A DNA stretch of 64,000 nt from Dehalococcoidia bacterium. Lineage in GTDB: Bacteria > Chloroflexota > Dehalococcoidia > Lucifugimonadales > VXLM01. Location: the NCBI GenBank assembly GCA_963662435.1, contig OY759598.1:1768507-1832506 (forward strand), in the 5' to 3' direction. Below are positions 51,857 to 61,417 of this stretch, in pieces. The notes beneath the pieces are model-generated. The model did not search any database. It worked only from the letters and a program-made list of their open reading frames with translations, and was not told the DNA's origin. Position numbers and translations under genes: made by a program. Position 1 is the first letter of the stretch. Each line of letters starts with the position of its first letter.

Positions 51857-52558
51857 TTATCTGAAGAGGTTGAGGAACCTGTCCTGGTAGAACTCGAAGA
51901 GTCCCCAGCGGTCGATTTCCTGCTTCAGGAGGTCGATGCCGCCGCGGTTGCCACGTTCCACGTCGCGGAAGAGGCGATCGATTTGCTGGATGGCCGCGGA
52001 AGGGGCTCCGCCGAAGTTCTCCTCCGGATTCAGCAGACCACGGGAACTGAACTCCTGCACATTGCCGGCAACGGATGAAGCAGTGAACTCATAGATGAAC
52101 TTCAGAAGAGCGACGTCCCATAGCTCGTCTACTCCGACCATGACGACCGACAATTCTTCCTTCCGGTCGTTCAGGTCCTTGCTGATGCGATGCGCGATAT
52201 CGGTCGGCACCCCGCCGACGACCTCGAGGTTCTCGGGCTTGTTCCTGTAGGTGTACATGATGCCGGGGCTGTTGGGACCGGTGCTTCGCATAATCTCGTG
52301 AAAGAACTCGTACGCTTCCGAACTGAACCCCTCCAGGTTGGACATGTAGGAAGGAGTGACAATGGCGGGTCGCTCGGCCACGACCTTGCCAGTCCTAACG
52401 ACGCCCTCGAATGTCTCAGGGACCTCTTCCTGAAAGGCGGGCTCAGTAACGACGTAGTACTTGATGTTGGTCGCACCGAATGTGGCCAGGTGCTGTTTTG
52501 GGAACCTGACTACGAAGGTCTGCTCGATGGCTTTCAGCCATCTACGTTCGTTCATCAA
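51857..52558 (-). CDS. Conserved hypothetical protein
   Basis: 233-aa ORF with protein-like composition (LATFGATNIKYYVVTEP, VAERPAIVTP), GAGGA SD; function unknown. Confidence 0.7.
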   Translation of the reverse strand: MMNERRWLKAIEQTFVVRFPKQHLATFGATNIKYYVVTEPAFQEEVPETFEGVVRTGKVVAERPAIVTPSYMSNLEGFSSEAYEFFHEIMRSTGPNSPGIMYTYRNKPENLEVVGGVPTDIAHRISKDLNDRKEELSVVMVGVDELWDVALLKFIYEFTASSVAGNVQEFSSRGLLNPEENFGGAPSAAIQQIDRLFRDVERGNRGGIDLLKQEIDRWGLFEFYQDRFLNLFR

Positions 52559-52712
52559 CTGGTGTGTTTCCTCACTTCACCCTGGAGGCGGATTCCGTCA
52601 GCCACTGATCTCACTCGGGAAAGGCGGTCTTCAAGATTGCTCGATGCCGATTGGCGACTGTCCCAGGGGGAAGGGGAAGATCGCCGGTCTGATCGACCAA
52701 GGGGTCCGCACG

Positions 52713-54590
52713 TCAGGCCTTGCCGTTGTTGCCGTTGGGATTCGAGAAGCCGTCGGCGATGGGCTCTTCGTGCTCCGGATCAGGTTGGGGACTTCGGCGC
52801 ATACGGCGGACTCGCGTGGAGACGATTCCCCGAAGGGAGTTGACCTCGCGGGTAATTGCGGTGCCGAAATGGGAACTGTACTCACCCATCTTCCGGAACT
52901 TCTTATACCGGGAACGGAGAAGTCGTTTTCTTGATCCGGCCTGGAGGACCGACAGTTCCTGGAGCAGGACGCGACGAAGGTGTCGCGCTGCTTCCATGGG
53001 GTTCGTATGCGCGCCTCCCGACGGTTCCTGAACGATCAGATCGACGATGCCGAGCTCGAAGCAGTCGTGGGCGGTGAGTCTCAGGGACTCAGCGGCCTCA
53101 TCGGCGCGCGCGGCATCCTGGTAGATGAGCGCGGCGGCGTCTTCCGGAGAGATTACGGAGTAAATTGCGTTCTCGAGCATGAGGAGACGGTCGGCAACCG
53201 CCAGAGGAAGGGCGCCCTCGCTTCCACCCTCGCCGATGATCACTGCGATGGAGGGCACTTCAACCCGCGCGACTTCGGCCATGGCGGTGGCAATTGCGCC
53301 GCCAAGCCCTCGCTGCTCGGCGTCCGCACTGATGTGTGGGCCGGGAGTATCTATCAGGGTAATTATGGGGAGGTCGAATTTTGCGGCAAGTCCGACCGCT
53401 CTCCGTGTCTCGCGGAAGCCCTCAGGAGTTATCCGGCCGCCCTGCGCCGTGGAATCGGAGTGGCCACGTTCCTGGCCGATGACGACAACAGTTTGGCCTC
53501 CGATTTGTCCGAGTCCCCATATGAGCGACTCGTCATCACCATACACCCTGTCGCCATGAAGCTCGACGAAGTTGGTGACCATGTGGCTCATGTAGTCGAG
53601 GCTCGTGGGGCGTTCGGAGTGGCGGGCGAGATTCACGGCCTCCCACGCGGTGAGCGACTCGGACCGTGGAGGGAGAACGTAACCTTCCTGGCTGTCGCGC
53701 CGCGTCAGGTGGTACCTGGACATGAGCATGTCGAGGAGCGCCGAAACGGTGTCCTTCGACTGGGTGCGGTCGACGACGGCGTCAATCATGCCGTGTCGAA
53801 GCCGCGACTCCGCAGTGTGAGAGTCGTCCGGGCCGGTCTCTTCGGTTGAGTTCTTGATGGCCCGCATGGACGCGAGACCGACAATTGCGCCAGGTTCGGC
53901 CACGATGATGTCGGCGAGGTTTGCGAAGCTGGCGTACGCGTGTCCCGTGGAGGGATTCGCCAGGATGGAGATGTAGGGGAGTCCGGCGTCGGCAAGGCGG
54001 TTGGCTGCCATGGCGGTCTTGGCCATCTGCATGAGGGAGAGCACTCCCTCCTGGATGCGAACGCCGCCGCTTGTGACAACGGCGACCACGGGCTGCTTGC
54101 GGCGGGTGGCGTATTCAAACGCGAGGGCAACCTTTTCGCCGACGACGCATCCCATGGTACCGCCCATGAACCCGAAGTCGAGGACTATGAGAACCGCCCT
54201 GGTGCCGCCGATGGAGCAAGTGCCCGTGACGGCAGCCTCCGTCAGGCCGGTCCGGCGCTGGTCGTGAAAGACGCTCTGTCTGTATGACGTTCTGGACGAG
54301 AACGAGAGCGGATCGAGCGATGTAACGGTGCGGTTGATTTCCTTGAACGATCCGGGGTCGGCCAGCGTGTCGATGCGTTCCCTGGCGGTCAGGGTGTAGT
54401 GGAACCGGCACCTCGGGCAGACGTTGTGCCTCTGGTAGAGTTCGGAATCGACGAGGGACTCGTCACAGACGAGGCATGTTTCCCGCGAGGCGGTCTCCAC
54501 GTCGGGGTCGGTCCGACTCATGACGGAACTGAGCATATCGGCGATGTTTCGTACCATCTGTGGCCTCTCGGACCGAGTCACCCGGCTCAT
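52713..54590 (-). CDS. accDA: Fused acetyl-CoA carboxylase carboxyltransferase beta-alpha (AccD-AccA)
   Basis: Zn finger CLVC...CPRC, FMGGTMG, SGGVRIQEG, SLMQMAK (beta); LHGDR, IDTPG, GEGGSEGAL, YSVISPE (alpha); start may be 54557. Confidence 0.92.
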   Translation of the reverse strand: MSRVTRSERPQMVRNIADMLSSVMSRTDPDVETASRETCLVCDESLVDSELYQRHNVCPRCRFHYTLTARERIDTLADPGSFKEINRTVTSLDPLSFSSRTSYRQSVFHDQRRTGLTEAAVTGTCSIGGTRAVLIVLDFGFMGGTMGCVVGEKVALAFEYATRRKQPVVAVVTSGGVRIQEGVLSLMQMAKTAMAANRLADAGLPYISILANPSTGHAYASFANLADIIVAEPGAIVGLASMRAIKNSTEETGPDDSHTAESRLRHGMIDAVVDRTQSKDTVSALLDMLMSRYHLTRRDSQEGYVLPPRSESLTAWEAVNLARHSERPTSLDYMSHMVTNFVELHGDRVYGDDESLIWGLGQIGGQTVVVIGQERGHSDSTAQGGRITPEGFRETRRAVGLAAKFDLPIITLIDTPGPHISADAEQRGLGGAIATAMAEVARVEVPSIAVIIGEGGSEGALPLAVADRLLMLENAIYSVISPEDAAALIYQDAARADEAAESLRLTAHDCFELGIVDLIVQEPSGGAHTNPMEAARHLRRVLLQELSVLQAGSRKRLLRSRYKKFRKMGEYSSHFGTAITREVNSLRGIVSTRVRRMRRSPQPDPEHEEPIADGFSNPNGNNGKA

Positions 54591-54654
54591 AGAGTTCCGG
54601 GAATCGGTACCGATTCGCCTGCGCGGTCTGCGCAGCGGTACGACAGATACCCGG

Positions 54655-57282
54655 CTATACGTGTCCTATTATAACATCGCGCGACTTCGAGCCGTCGCTT
54701 GGGCCGACAATACCTTCCTCCTCGAGCTGGTCCATGAGGCGGGCGGCTCGCGGGTACCCGATCCTCAGGCGTCGCTGGAGGAGCGATGTGGACAGCTTCT
54801 TCTGCCGGGTGGCGAGCTCGATGGCCTTGTCCATCATGTCGTCCCTTCCCTCGACATCGTCTTCATCTTCACTATCCATGCTCTCGGACTCGGCTCCACC
54901 GACAGGCTCGAGGCTGAGGTCCGCCATGGGTCCGCGAGGCGTGGTCTGCCAGAATTTGACGAGGTCTTCTATCTCCTGATCGGAGATGAACACTCCCTGG
55001 ACGCGCTCCGGCCTGGACATGTCTACGCTCTGGTAGAGCATGTCTCCCTTGCCGAGGAGCTTCTCCGCGCCGGAGGTGTCGAGGATGGTGCGCGAGTCGA
55101 TCTGCGATGTGAGGGCGAAGCTCACGCGGCTCGGGAAGTTGGCCTTGATGAGGCCGGTGAGCACGTCAACGGAAGGACGCTGGGTCGCCACGATGAGGTG
55201 GATACCCGTCGCTCGTCCAAGCTGGGCCAGGCGACACAGGGCCTGCTCGACGTCGACGGAGGCTGTCATCATGAGGTCGGCGAGTTCGTCGACTGCGACG
55301 ACGAGGTACGGCATTTTCTCGGACGACTTCTTGTTGAAGCTGTCTATGTTGCGGACGCCGATCTCCTCCATCTGGCGGTAGCGGTCCATCATCTCGCGGA
55401 TGAGGCCACGCAGGAGGCTGACGACCTGATCGGTCTCGACGACCACCGGAGTGAGGAGGTGTGGGATGCCGTTGTACGGGGTGAGCTCGACGCGTTTCGG
55501 GTCGATAAGGAGGAGGCGGAGTTCGGACGGGTCCTTTTCGATGAGGAGGCAGGAGATGATGGTGTTGATGAAGACGCTCTTGCCGCTTCCGGTGGAACCG
55601 GCCACCAGGAGGTGAGGCATCTTGGAGAGATCGATAGCGACGGTCTCACCGCTGCCGCCTTTGCCGATCGCGACGGGCAGTTTGGCCTTCCTGCGAAGCT
55701 GATCGAACTCCCTGTCCTGCATGACGTTTCGAAGCGTCACGAGGGCAGGATTGGGGTTGGGCACCTCGACACCGACGAGGGACTTGCCCATGACCGGCGT
55801 TTCGATACGGATGCTGGGGGTCCTCAGGGCGAGGGAGAGGTCCTTTTCGCGAGCGGTAATGGCGTCGACCTTGACTCTCGTCTTGGTCTCGACGCGGCTC
55901 TTCATCTGCCTGCCCTTTTCGTCCAGCTGGGGCCTGCCGTCGGAGTCGGTGACGTTGACCTGCTTCTGCCTGCGAATCCAGCCGGGGACAAGGCCGTACA
56001 TGGTTACGGTCGGGCCCGGCCGGGCGTCCTCGACCTCAACTTCGACGCCGTAGTGTCCGAGTGTCTCGCGGATGGTACGGGCGGTGTCCTCCATCTCTTC
56101 CTTCGTGATTCCGCCTTCGTTGGCATCGACGAACATGGAGAGGGCGGGCCTGGTCCACGAGGACGCGCCCATGACGGCCTGTACCACTGACCTCATCCGT
56201 CCGGGGCCGCCGTTCGTGTCTTCGCCGGCGACAGGTGCTTTGGCAACTCCGTTTCCGGGTACGGGCGCCTGGCTGTCCCACAGCTTGTTGAATTTGCCGC
56301 CGGACATCTCATCGGATGCCGGATCATGCCTATCAACCGTACCGGCGGACGAGACGGTGGCTTCCGGCTCCTCTACCACTTCGTGGATGCGGTCAACGTT
56401 GGCGTTTGCATGCTCCTGGGCAGTGTCCCTCGAGCGGTCGCGAAATCGGGAGCCGTTGAGTCGTTCGGACAGTCCGTTGAGCACCGACCCCAGAGAGCGG
56501 GCCTCCGGATCTTCGGTCACAATTTCCTGTGGTTCCGGCCGTTCCGGGCGAGGTTCCCAGGAAGAGCTTGAGGAAGTCCTTTCTCGGAACTCCTCCTTCT
56601 CCATAGTGCGGCGAAGACTCTCGCTCCAGCGGCCTTGCGCCTTAGAATCGGCGCCGGACTGAACGGCCTGTTCATCCGAGGTCTTTGCACTCTTGGACTT
56701 GGAGCCATTGGTGCGACCGATGGCGCCTCCGAAACTCATGATCATGGTGAATATGCCGATCAGGCCAGTGCCTGCGATGGCAAGTGTGCCCCAAGCGACG
56801 CGGGGCGATACGATGGCGACGGCTATCGCGAAGACCGCGGCGACTCTTATGGCGCCCAACCAGACGACCTCGCCAGCTATGGCGTAGCCGATGGTGCCGC
56901 CGAGGGTAATGTCTCCTTCGAGGGTGAAGCGGGCGAGAGGACCCTGGAACGGGGCGAAGAACGATAGGAGGCCGAGGAGGGCCGCAAGGAAGACCGGCGA
57001 GGCTAGCCACAGGCGGTAGTGGCGGAACAGCGAGGTATGCACGAAGAGGGCCAGCATGAACACGGCGATCCAGAGGGCGACCGCGACGACGCCAAGGCCG
57101 AGTCGCGATATGACGCTCTCTTCGATAGAGCCAGCCGTCAGCGAGAGGGAGTCGCGGTACCAGTAGACGGCGCCCGCCCCTGCCGCGAACAGGAAGAGAA
57201 GGGTGATCTTTGCGTACCACGACGACATTATCGCGCGGAAGAGGATCGAGGTCATGTTCGCGTTGCTAGCTTCTCTTGCCAT
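54655..57282 (-). CDS. ftsK: DNA translocase FtsK
   Basis: N-terminal TMs, MPHLLVAGSTGSGKS, IDPKRVEL, DELADLMM, ATQRPSVDV, gamma domain LQRRLRIGYPRAARL. Confidence 0.97.
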   Translation of the reverse strand: MAREASNANMTSILFRAIMSSWYAKITLLFLFAAGAGAVYWYRDSLSLTAGSIEESVISRLGLGVVAVALWIAVFMLALFVHTSLFRHYRLWLASPVFLAALLGLLSFFAPFQGPLARFTLEGDITLGGTIGYAIAGEVVWLGAIRVAAVFAIAVAIVSPRVAWGTLAIAGTGLIGIFTMIMSFGGAIGRTNGSKSKSAKTSDEQAVQSGADSKAQGRWSESLRRTMEKEEFRERTSSSSSWEPRPERPEPQEIVTEDPEARSLGSVLNGLSERLNGSRFRDRSRDTAQEHANANVDRIHEVVEEPEATVSSAGTVDRHDPASDEMSGGKFNKLWDSQAPVPGNGVAKAPVAGEDTNGGPGRMRSVVQAVMGASSWTRPALSMFVDANEGGITKEEMEDTARTIRETLGHYGVEVEVEDARPGPTVTMYGLVPGWIRRQKQVNVTDSDGRPQLDEKGRQMKSRVETKTRVKVDAITAREKDLSLALRTPSIRIETPVMGKSLVGVEVPNPNPALVTLRNVMQDREFDQLRRKAKLPVAIGKGGSGETVAIDLSKMPHLLVAGSTGSGKSVFINTIISCLLIEKDPSELRLLLIDPKRVELTPYNGIPHLLTPVVVETDQVVSLLRGLIREMMDRYRQMEEIGVRNIDSFNKKSSEKMPYLVVAVDELADLMMTASVDVEQALCRLAQLGRATGIHLIVATQRPSVDVLTGLIKANFPSRVSFALTSQIDSRTILDTSGAEKLLGKGDMLYQSVDMSRPERVQGVFISDQEIEDLVKFWQTTPRGPMADLSLEPVGGAESESMDSEDEDDVEGRDDMMDKAIELATRQKKLSTSLLQRRLRIGYPRAARLMDQLEEEGIVGPSDGSKSRDVIIGHV

Positions 57283-57472
57283 CGACTCACCACCAGGGAA
57301 GAATTCGCAGCGACGGATACCAACAGCGTTTATGATTAGAGTTGGCTATCCGACTTAATTTTAGACTATTTCTAGAATTTTGCTAGTCTTTTGGCGAGTA
57401 TCTGTCGGGCGATTGGGCGTGTTGAGTCCGATGCGGGTGGGGAGTGGCAGGGGGCTAGTTGGGGGGCGGGAA

Positions 57473-57586
57473 CCCCCACTCTGTATCTCGCCCCCGGCGG
57501 GGGAGAGATTAAGGGTGATTGCATGGCAGTTGCTGACACCCCGGCATGGCGCCAAATGCGGGACGCTGCGCTGCTCAGGGTGAACA
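57473..57586 (+). repeat. REP-like block (E plus partial B)
   Basis: CCCCCACTCTGTATCTCGCCCCCGGCGGGGGAGAGA; GCTCAGGGTGAAC. Confidence 0.7.
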
Positions 57587-57608
57587 GGGTTGTCCCTCTT
57601 GACAGCGG

Positions 57609-58517
57609 CTAGGGGTACACGCCCCAGTAGCCTCGACGATCATCCGTGGGCAGGAAGAAGTACAGGCTCTGGACCTTGCCCATGTCGTCTACGAACCACG
57701 TATAGCTGCCACTTTCTTCATCAAGGGAAGAGGACTCGTCCGTTTCGGCGCCTGAAGGGCCGGCGCAGGCGAGATCGTGATCGGGGGACGCCGACTTAGG
57801 GACGTCTTCGATGAAGCCGGCACGCTCCAATTCGCAGAAGTCGATGATGAAGTCGCGGCTGCTGATCACGATGCAGCCCGTGGTGCCCACAGGATTGCAT
57901 GATTCGCCCTGAGGCGTCACGACGACTGCCTGCCAATGGTCGAAGCGGTCTTCGTCTCGGACGATATTGTCGGAGTCATCTTTGGGGGGACAGTAGATAA
58001 GTTGCTTATCCCGGGATGGGTCGTTCCTGACATCGTCGCTGTAGACACCGGTCCCGTCCAGCCATATAGGGGTGCCGCCCTCGGTCCCAAGCAATGGATT
58101 CTCAGGAGGCCGTCCCTCATTTTCTTCAAAATTTACAGGAGAGTTCGCGCTTAGACTTTCGCAGCTGTCCAGGTAGAAGCGAGCATTAGAGTCTTGCCAG
58201 ACGCTCCCTTCCTGGACTGGGGCGTCCTGGTGGCGCTTGCCCACTATCGGGTACTGGCGATCGTTGTTGTATCGCTCGTTTCGGGGGCTGAAGTAGTAAG
58301 CGTCTACGGCAAGCTGAATCACTCTCTGGTCTGCTTCGTATGCCTGCTCTCTTGAGTTTTCGAGGAAGCCTCGAATCGTGGGAACGGCTATAGCAATGAG
58401 GATGCCGAGAATGGCGATCACGACAATCAGTTCGATGAGCGTGAATCCGTCGTTGGACTCGTCGATCCGGCCACGGATGCGGCGGGCGGCGTTATGTACT
58501 CGATGAATCACACGCAT
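57609..58517 (-). CDS. Type IV pilin / pseudopilin-like protein
   Basis: Basic leader followed by G|FTLIELIVVIAILGILIAIAVP prepilin peptidase motif. Confidence 0.85.
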   Translation of the reverse strand: MRVIHRVHNAARRIRGRIDESNDGFTLIELIVVIAILGILIAIAVPTIRGFLENSREQAYEADQRVIQLAVDAYYFSPRNERYNNDRQYPIVGKRHQDAPVQEGSVWQDSNARFYLDSCESLSANSPVNFEENEGRPPENPLLGTEGGTPIWLDGTGVYSDDVRNDPSRDKQLIYCPPKDDSDNIVRDEDRFDHWQAVVVTPQGESCNPVGTTGCIVISSRDFIIDFCELERAGFIEDVPKSASPDHDLACAGPSGAETDESSSLDEESGSYTWFVDDMGKVQSLYFFLPTDDRRGYWGVYP

Positions 58518-58519
58518 TA

Positions 58520-60178
58520 TCAGACTAGCTCCGTTTGGACGAGTATGGTCGGACGCATCCGCGTCTCATCGTAGAGGTATTTTGAGACTGCCCGCTTGAT
58601 CTTCATCTCGAACTTGCCGTTGCGCCGCTCGTTTCCTTCAAGCTCTTCAAGGGCGTCGAGGGCAACTTCGGAGGCCTGCTCGAGTAGACCGTCGTCCCCA
58701 TTCATTTCCAGGAAGCCTGAAGACTTTATGAGTGGGTGATTGAGGAAGTCGCCGGACTCCTTGTCGATCATGAGGGTGAAGGCGACAACGCCATCGGTGG
58801 CAAGCCTGCGGCGCTCGTCGAGGACCCTGCTGGTGTCGTCCCAGGTGGTGCGACCATCGATATACACGTGTCCGGCCGGCACGTCGTCCACGACCTCGCC
58901 GTAGTCATCCCAGAGGGCGAGGACCTCGCCGTCTTCGAGCACGAACGTGTTTTCGGTGGGAATTCCAAGGGAGAGTGCGAGATCGGCGTGTGCGACGAGG
59001 TGACGATACTCGCCGTGAACGGGAACAAAGAACTTCGGCTTGACGAGGCTGAGCATCATCTTCAGCTCTTCGCGGCTTGCGTGGCCATGCACGTGGACCG
59101 TGGCGATTCGGCTGTAGAGGACCTTTGCGCCCTGGCGCAGGAGGTTGTCGAGGGTGCGAGCCACGAGTGTCTCGTTGCCGGGTATGGGAGATGCGGAGAC
59201 GATGACGGTGTCGCCCTCTTCGATTTCGACGTCCTGGTGCTCGCCGTTGGCGATGCGCACCAAGGCGGAAGTGGGCTCTCCCTGAGCTCCGGTTGCGATG
59301 ATCACGACCTCTTCATGTGGAAGCTTGCGGGCCTCGTTCATGGAGATGATGGTGTCTTCCGGGACCTGGAGGTAGCCAAGGTTCCTGGCCATCTTCACGT
59401 TGTTGACCATGCTGCGTCCGACGACGGTTACCTTGCGGTCGTACCTGACGGCGGCGTCGACGACCTGCTGGACGCGCGAGATGAGGGAGGCGAATGTGGC
59501 GACCATTACCCGGCCGTGAGCCTGCGAGATTTCGCGGTCGAGCGACTCGCCGACAAGCTTCTCAGACGGGGTGTAGCCGTCGACCTCGGCGTAGGTAGAG
59601 TCGGAGCAGAGGAGAAGGACTCCTTCGTCCGCCATCCTGGCAAGCACGGAGAAGTCGGTCGGTTTGCCGTCGGCGGGCGTGTGATCGACCTTGAAGTCCC
59701 CGGTGTGAACCACGAGCCCCAGGGGAGTCCTGATGGCGATGCCCATGGCGTCGGGAATGGAATGGCAGACCCGGAAGAATTCGATGCCGAGCTTGCCAAT
59801 GGTGAACGGCTCGTTGGGCTGGACGACGTTGAGTCGAGCGTCGGCGAGGCGTCCATGCTCCTTGAGCTTGACGGTGATCAGTCCATGCGTCAGCCTCGAG
59901 GAATAGACGGGAACGTCGAGATGTTCGAGGACATAGGGAAGTGCTCCAATGTGGTCCTCGTGCCCATGGGTTATCAGGATGGCCTTGAGCTTGTCGCTAT
60001 TTTCCACGAGGTAGGAAACGTCGGGAATCACGAAATCGACTCCCGGCATGTTTTCCTCGGGGAACAGGACGCCCGAGTCGATGACCACGGCCTCATCCCC
60101 GTACTCAATGACCATCATATTCTTGCCGATCTCGCCGAGGCCGCCCAGCGGGATCACTCGCAAAGGGGTGTCGTTCAT
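58520..60178 (-). CDS. rnj: Ribonuclease J
   Basis: PLGGLGEIGKN, THGHEDHIGALP, HSIPD, HTGDFK, GAQGEP, VPVHGEYRH. Confidence 0.96.
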   Translation of the reverse strand: MNDTPLRVIPLGGLGEIGKNMMVIEYGDEAVVIDSGVLFPEENMPGVDFVIPDVSYLVENSDKLKAILITHGHEDHIGALPYVLEHLDVPVYSSRLTHGLITVKLKEHGRLADARLNVVQPNEPFTIGKLGIEFFRVCHSIPDAMGIAIRTPLGLVVHTGDFKVDHTPADGKPTDFSVLARMADEGVLLLCSDSTYAEVDGYTPSEKLVGESLDREISQAHGRVMVATFASLISRVQQVVDAAVRYDRKVTVVGRSMVNNVKMARNLGYLQVPEDTIISMNEARKLPHEEVVIIATGAQGEPTSALVRIANGEHQDVEIEEGDTVIVSASPIPGNETLVARTLDNLLRQGAKVLYSRIATVHVHGHASREELKMMLSLVKPKFFVPVHGEYRHLVAHADLALSLGIPTENTFVLEDGEVLALWDDYGEVVDDVPAGHVYIDGRTTWDDTSRVLDERRRLATDGVVAFTLMIDKESGDFLNHPLIKSSGFLEMNGDDGLLEQASEVALDALEELEGNERRNGKFEMKIKRAVSKYLYDETRMRPTILVQTELV

Positions 60179-60294
60179 TTAGGGGATTTCTCTTCCGGTG
60201 GAAATGGGGGGCACAGCTTCCATTCTACTAGAACGACCATGCAGGGGTAAGGGTTTCCACGATATGGGGAAGGGAGGTTTTCCCCCGTTCGCGG

Positions 60295-61059
60295 CTAGAA
60301 GAGGCCGAGCTGTTTCGGGTCGCGGCGGGGCTCTTCCTGTGGCGGGACGACGGGTTCATCCACGGGTGTTGCTGGAGCCGCAGCCGGTGGCGAGTCGAGG
60401 AGTCCAAGCTGGGGAGTCGGCGTCTCAGTCGGCGGCGGGGGCGTGGCTGCCTGAGGCGGCGCCACCTCCAGCAGGCCGGGGAGATTGAGGAAGTCCCGTT
60501 CCAAGGAGGCGCGGATGCTCGAGTTCCTGAGGGCGGCGGCCGGATGGTACATCGGATAGACGGTAATGCCTCGCCACCTGGCGGGACTTCCGCGGAGCTT
60601 GCCGATCGGCTCGTTGGGGAAGAACTTGGCCGTGGAATATCTGCCGAGCGTGACGATTACCCTGGGGGCGATCAGCTCGATCTGTCTGTCGAGGTAGGGG
60701 CCGCACGAACTGATTTCGATAGGGAGTGGGTCGCGGTTGTTAGGCGCGCGGCACTTGATCATGTTGGTGACGAATACGTCCTCTCGTCTCATGCCGATCG
60801 TCGCCAGCATGTCGTTGAGCAGCTTTCCCGCGCGTCCGACGAACGGCAGGCCCTGCTGGTCTTCGTAGTACCCGGGTCCCTCGCCGATGAACATCACGTC
60901 TGCCGTGCGGGAGCCGTTGCCCGGCACGGCCGTGGTCCTCTTGGAACCGAGCGTGCAGAGGGTACAGGTGGAGATGAGGCGGTCTATCTCATCCAAGTCT
61001 GCATTGAGGACAATGTCGGTCACGTGGTACTCCGCGCGCATGGTAGCAACGGCGTCCAC
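60295..61059 (-). CDS. Uracil-DNA glycosylase family 4 with Pro-rich tail
   Basis: CxxC, FIGEGPG, PFVGRAG, TNMIKCR, YHPAAALR. Confidence 0.92.
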   Translation of the reverse strand: MDAVATMRAEYHVTDIVLNADLDEIDRLISTCTLCTLGSKRTTAVPGNGSRTADVMFIGEGPGYYEDQQGLPFVGRAGKLLNDMLATIGMRREDVFVTNMIKCRAPNNRDPLPIEISSCGPYLDRQIELIAPRVIVTLGRYSTAKFFPNEPIGKLRGSPARWRGITVYPMYHPAAALRNSSIRASLERDFLNLPGLLEVAPPQAATPPPPTETPTPQLGLLDSPPAAAPATPVDEPVVPPQEEPRRDPKQLGLF

Positions 61060-61092
61060 GATGCGTCAATCGAGGGCCTTCCGTGGAAGGGT

Positions 61093-61383
61093 TTACTCAA
61101 TTGGCACCTGCGTAGGGCATTCGTCAGTAGGCTCGCATCTCAGGAAAGGCGGATCTTCGGTGGAAGTCCCGCTTGCCAGTATATAGACCGTGACTATCAC
61201 GCCAATGACCACTACACTCGTGAACACTGCCAGCAGCCAGTTGCGGATCCTCCCAATGCCGCCCGTATGGACACGATGTGCGTGCGCATGAGCCCGTTCC
61301 GCTTTCCCTAATCGGTATTCGTACCTTTGGACACCCTCTTCAAGCCGTAGCTGATCATCTTGCCAGTCAGGGTTTTCTTGCAT
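61093..61383 (-). CDS. Small hypothetical membrane protein
   Basis: Single TM helix; fills the folD-UDG gap on the same strand. Confidence 0.5.
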   Translation of the reverse strand: MQENPDWQDDQLRLEEGVQRYEYRLGKAERAHAHAHRVHTGGIGRIRNWLLAVFTSVVVIGVIVTVYILASGTSTEDPPFLRCEPTDECPTQVPIE

Positions 61384-61417
61384 AGCTTCACCCTTCTTTC
61401 AGATGGACAAGGTACGG

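Noticed and set aside
52620..52645. tRNA-Sec-like TCA anticodon arm
   Set aside because: No acceptor stem, T-arm or CCA around it
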